From assembly GCA_020536535.1 (NCBI GenBank), contig JAHLWZ010000885.1, positions 1 through 59,404 of the forward strand: a DNA stretch of 59,404 nucleotides, given 5' to 3'. The DNA comes from Pelomyxa schiedti (lineage: Eukaryota; Protista; Evosea). Every line of letters starts with the position of its first letter. The first letter of the stretch is position 1. The notes under the pieces were generated by a model that was not told the origin of the DNA, did not search any database, and saw nothing but the letters and a program-made list of their open reading frames with translations. The translations under genes and the position numbers were made by a program. Positions 54,455 through 59,404 of this stretch are shown here, piece by piece.

Positions 54455-56060
54455 ATGAGTGCAACGGTTCCGTCCCCAACCGTCACAGACGAGTCTCACG
54501 TCGACAGCACACCCACCACAACCGCTACGAGCACGAGCACGAGCACAACCTCCACAGCAAGCAGCAGTCCCACTCCTGAGGTTGCACCGTCAAACACACC
54601 AGCAGGGCCGCCGTCGACGACTTGCGCTGCACCACCAGGGGCGGGGACACCAGCACAGCCGGGAGGGAGCGGGAGCGGGGGCGTGGGCGGGACGAGGCCC
54701 GAGGCTGGGTACCAGGCGGACGTGTGGTATGAGCCCCTCAAGAGGTGGACGTTCCCTACGTCGTTTGTGCCGGTGAGTGGCGACGAGGCCAGGGCCGTGG
54801 TGCACTACTTCGAGGCGAAGCATAAGGGGGAGACTTATAAGCTATTACCTGGTAAGGTATATTCTCCTTGTCACTGACTCTTATCACTTTGTTCTGTGTT
54901 ATGACTTTTGTGTTTTTTTTTTCACCTCTACCACCAAATTAGATGATATGAACCTCATTGAGGGCTTGAGAACTCGGCTGGCGACCGCTTTTACTGCTTA
55001 TGGGGAGAGTGGAATTTTCGTCAAGTTGGCATCTCGATCTTTCAAAGTATGTTCTTGTGAATCGGCGAGCTACTTGAAATGGGATGTGCTGATATTTGGT
55101 TTCCCTATTTAAAAAAAAAAAAGGATTCCACTCTAAGCTCCGAAGCAATGCGTAATGAAATGCGATCGATGTTTCACAGTAGGCTCGAAGAGCTGAAGGC
55201 CTTACCAGAAGACCAGCTTCGCAATGAAAAGATGATAATATTTGTTAGAGCAAGTGTAAGGTACGCAGTTTGACAATTATTACATCGCTCATGTAGTTCA
55301 GATCCATGAAATTTACATCAGCTGATCAAGTAATGGAGCTGATGAAAAATAGTCAGAGAGCTTTTGGGGACCTGGTAGATTTCTTTCTCTCTTTGCCTGT
55401 GATAAACCAGTCCTATAGCTGTTATCCCTCATGGATGAGCCATTTAATATGCCTCTTACATTGCGGAGGTTTGTGAAAATCATTGGGAACTCACCTAAAA
55501 CTATTACTAAAGGTGGGACGACCGTGTAATACCTGAGACAGAAGTGAGAGTGTTTATAGCAGGAGGAAAGCTGACTGCGGCTACCCAATATTACCCTCAT
55601 TTATACTGCCGGTTTCTTCATGAGAACAATGGAGTTATATTGGGGAGGCTTCTAAGCTTCTTTTCCTCCAAGATATCGAAAGTTATTTCCCTGCTGGATT
55701 ACACACTAGATGTTGCATGTCTCCCAGATAAAATGCTCTCCAGTGATGCCACAGACGAAGAATGTTTCATTGTGATTGAGGTCAGTCTTCCCTAATTCCC
55801 AAAGCAATAACAAAAATCAGATCAACCCACCACCACCCCGAGCGGGCACATCCCTCTTCATGGAGGGTTCCGCACATGACCAGGAAATTCTCAAACATGG
55901 TCCCACACAGTTCCGTGTCAACACCTCTATTCCACCCAATAACTTGGATGAGATACAAAAGGAACTGCGGGAATTCATGGATGCCATTGTCCCACCACCC
56001 CCAGCACCACCAACACCCAGTCCAGCAACACTGGATATAATCAAATGTACCCTATGCTAG
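54455..56060 (+). CDS. CDC123-like (R2K clade) ATP-grasp protein with a CaaX-like C-terminus
   Basis: WYEPLKRWTFPT, FVKLASRSFKDS, NSQRAFGDL, LRRW..EVRVFI..LTAATQY, YTLDV, IEINP..AGTSLF. Ends CTLC*. Confidence 0.82.
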
Positions 56061-56099
56061 GTGTTTGTAAAAAAGGGGTGTTGTCAATCACAAAAGCAG

Positions 56100-57050
56100 C
56101 AGTGCAACCAAGCTCCAGAATTCCTTTGTCATCAAGCACTACCAGAACCCAGCCTGCTGTTGCGAGTGTTAGGACACCATAGTTCTTTGGGAGCAACTAC
56201 AAAAGAACATATTGGGAGTTGTTTATTATTTGTCTTTGACCCTGGTTACTAGGCCCACAGTTTATGATGTTGTACATTGACAACCTTTACTAGGCGGAAA
56301 GTCAAGAGTGAAATAAAAAAAATACCTAACAACAGGATCCTGGAATACATTATTATTCAGAACAAGAAAGTAAGAACACAAACATGGGAAGCACAGCCAT
56401 TCCTTTGGAAATTCCTGAAGATACTGCAACTACCTTCCTTTGTGTCCAAATGAAGTCCCACCCTTGATCAGTGAAATTGGTGTCTCCTGCTATAGCCTCA
56501 TACAGAGTGATAAGTTGACCTAAGTGCCTAGAATACATGATGTTTTCATGAACCTAAGGGAGTCATTTACTTGGAAAACCTCTAGGAAAACTTGGTTACC
56601 ACTGGGTTCAGGAAATATCTAATTGCAGTGTCATGTGTGATTCAGTGAATCCACAGGCAAACTCTTCAAAGCAAACTGCTGAAGTCAGGATCCCTCAAAT
56701 TTGACTTGATTTCAAGGCCTGTATAAGCTTGATGCTCCAAGCTCAGAATCACATTGAAAAAAAACACACAAACACAACATATTAGGAGCATACAGTCACA
56801 TAGCAGAAAAAAAGAAAAAAAACAATATGGTGTCTCTGCCCAATATTTGTCAATATAGGACCATGTCACAGGGTCAATTTCTCTCCAAATAATATCTTCA
56901 AGAGCAAGAGCAATTACTCTGGATGTGTGTCTGTGCATTCCCATGTGAGATACTGTGAATGAGTCAAAGCAAGAAGCCCTGCCAGTTCACCCCCCTCTTT
57001 AATGGAGAACCCTGCACAGGCCACCTTGCTTCCACAACAGTGACATTTTC
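56100..57050 (-). pseudogene. Decayed coding-like sequence of unknown family
   Basis: Short protein-like ORFs (56666..56944, 56353..56538) with intron-like T tracts and internal stops. CpG-free from 56297 onward. Confidence 0.35.
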
Positions 57051-57162
57051 AAGAACTTGAGTTCAAAAAGGGGAACAGATTGGGAAATGATTTAGGGTGG
57101 ATTGTTTCCTAAAACAAACACACTTGGCTACCAATCTCTGTCTGTGTTTTGGGTAGTATGGG

Positions 57163-59404
57163 TTATTCACCTGTGTGGGTGAGGGTTTCCCCTTGGGTTG
57201 TTTCTTTGAGCTTTTCCTTGAGGGCAATGTGAGCTTCCTCAATCATATGAGCTAATTTGGCTGGGCTTTCAAAAAGTTGCACAAGTTGCAATACACCAAG
57301 GGCCTCCAGCAACATGGCAGTGATCCTGCCTGCCTTGTCAAGGGGCACAAGGTTTGAATCATGAATAAATTGCCACAATCTTTCTCCCACCTCTTGCTTA
57401 GATGGCACTGGACCAGTGGGAGGGGAAGGGAAGGGAGGTAATGAGGGGTTAGCCATGCACCTGGGTTTGCTTACCCTGCCTGGTGTTTCTTTTTTTCTCT
57501 GAGTATTAGGCTTCACTCCAGTTTTGGAGGAAGATGGTGCCTTTTGCAACTGGCTTTGGTGGCATTGTGGAGAGATACTCTGGAGTTAATTANNNNNNNN
57601 NNNNNNNNNNNNNNNNNNNNNNNNNNNNNNNNNNNNNNNNNNNNNNNNNNNNNNNNNNNNNNNNNNNNNNNNNNNNNNNNNNNNNNNNNNNNTACCCTGC
57701 CTGGTGTTTCTTTTTTTCTCTGAGTATTAGGCTTCACTCCAGTTTTGGAGGAAGATGGTGCCTTTTGCAACTGGCTTTGGTGGCATTGTGGAGAGATACT
57801 CTGGAGTTAATTAGTTTCATGCAGGTGTTGTGTAACCACATACTTGAAGCCTTGAGATGTCATTTGTGGCTGAGAGCCTTGCAGTCTTCTCTGGGTTCAT
57901 CCTCCCAACCATTACTGTGTTGACAGTATCCTGAACAGTGTAAGTTTGTTAGGAGTTGCATGTGAGGTATCAATAAAGAGTTGATAAACCTCATATCTTT
58001 GGGGCTTATCAACTGCCTTGAGAGCTTTCCTTATATTGGCCACAACAACACGTTCTTTACAGAGAGCTGCCTCTGTGTCACGTAGATGAATCTCAAGTTG
58101 TGCCTTTTCATTTTGGAGTGCCCTCACAGCACGGCGTTCATGAAAGAGAGCTAACTCTGCACCATTGACATGTCTCACAAGGTGCAGGTTGTCTTGTTCT
58201 AACTGCATAGAGGGTGAGTTACATCTTCAATTCCTGTAACATCTCACCCTATCAATCTTCCTTGATAATTTCTCCTTGCGTGCCTGATTGTGAATGTTGA
58301 GTGGAGTCAATGTGTTACAGGACACACCAGGAATTCCTCTTCTTTCTTGTTGAAAGCCTTTTGTGAACTGATTGTAGCACTATGTTCCTGCATGTTTCAG
58401 TTTGAAAGGACTGTGGCTTGGACACACTCACCTCTTCATTCTTCTTTTCCAACTCAGCCACATGTTCCTTCAAATATACAACTTGCTTTTTCAGCGTTTC
58501 TACTGTATCTTCCTGTTGTTCTGTGGGGTTCATACCATCACAGTGCTCTTCCAACCTTACACTATGTGGGGAGTTACAAGCAATATTTTCAAGGATATTA
58601 GATGCCCCTCTGTGCCCAGACTTGGCTGCCTTTTCTAGCCAGCAATGTGCCTCATCAACATTACATTCAACACCATCACCATCCCTGAGACACACACCAA
58701 AGTGAAACCTGGAAACAGGATCGCATTTTTCTGCTCCCCTCTTGAAATAAGCAGCAGCAGCTTTCTTGTCAATTGGAGCACCACAATCACCTCTGAGGCA
58801 ATACATTCCCAGTACTCTAAGTGCCTCAGCATCTTCATTTTCTTCGCAGCTGTACAGGTGTTTGGCCTTATCAAGGTCTATTTCAACACCAATGCCTCTT
58901 TCATAACAATACCCCAGGAAAGCATTGGCAATAGGATTGAACTGGTTATGTGTCAGGCTTGTGAGCAATGAAACAGCCTTTGTCACATCCCTTTCCACAC
59001 CACACCCCCACAAATGGCACCACCCAAGGTATGCCTGTGCCTCACCACTGTGAGACTGTTGCAGGAGTGCCACAGCCTTTGGCCAGTCTCTTGGCACACC
59101 CTCACCATGCAAATAACACAATCCCATATGCCATGAAAGATCCGGATCCTCGTTGGCAGCAGCATTGTAGAGGGACACAGCTTTTGTTGGATTGCACTCC
59201 ACACCCATACCATGCTGGTAGCAACTTCCAAGATGGATCATTGCCCTCTCAGGATCGTGCATTTCTGTGGCCATGGTCCACAGTGAAATAGCTTTGTCGA
59301 TTGCACCGAGTTTGTAGAATTCTGCTGCAACGTCAGACAGGCCTGATCCATCACGTAGCATCTTGAACCAGTGCCGTGCCCTATCTATATCGTAAGGCAT
59401 AGGA
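57163..59404 (-). CDS. SEL1-repeat + coiled coil + C-terminal PABC/MLLE domain protein (5' end probably outside the window; spans the gap)
   Basis: About 6 SEL1 repeats (LGxCYxxGxGVxxDxxKA), coiled-coil exons, and a last exon KQEVGERLWQFI..KAGRITAMLLE..LFESPAKLAHMIEEA matching the MLLE consensus. Confidence 0.75.
57472..57813. other. Scaffold gap (100 N) flanked by a 121-bp exact direct duplication (likely an assembly overlap)
   Basis: 57472-57592 equals 57693-57813 on either side of N100. Confidence 0.9.

Noticed and set aside
57472-57813. 121-bp direct repeat as an LTR, target-site or tandem duplication
   Set aside because: An exact duplicate on both sides of a 100-N gap is typical of an unmerged contig overlap.

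Overview
Gene-dense, intron-rich eukaryotic DNA: short GT-AG introns of about 40-140 nt, some with CTAAC/CTGAC branch points, and the standard genetic code. It looks protist-like, possibly an amoebozoan, which is inference from gene content and style only. The ORF track fragments most genes, so models were rebuilt by eye and exon limits are approximate. About 24 genes or pseudogenes are present: a UBL-domain fragment, a Q/P-rich protein, a frameshifted CK1-like kinase with coiled coil and TM tail, lipin, a low-complexity protein, DDX42, an NRF-6-like O-acyltransferase, a secreted metallophosphoesterase, an atypical PI3K, an ankyrin pseudogene, dynactin p150 without CAP-Gly, a stonustoxin-like pore-forming protein, a PH-RhoGAP and a PPP phosphatase. 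From 38 to 56 kb lies the best candidate for an undescribed system: an MFS transporter, a ZZ-finger-fused carboxylic-acid-reductase-like NRPS (ZZ-A-T-R), an AASDH-like A-T-PQQ enzyme, a START protein, a CDC123/R2K ATP-grasp ligase and three unknown genes, two of which share an exon-precise 182-bp inverted duplication. The window ends with a CpG-free stretch, a scaffold gap and a SEL1-coiled coil-PABC gene.
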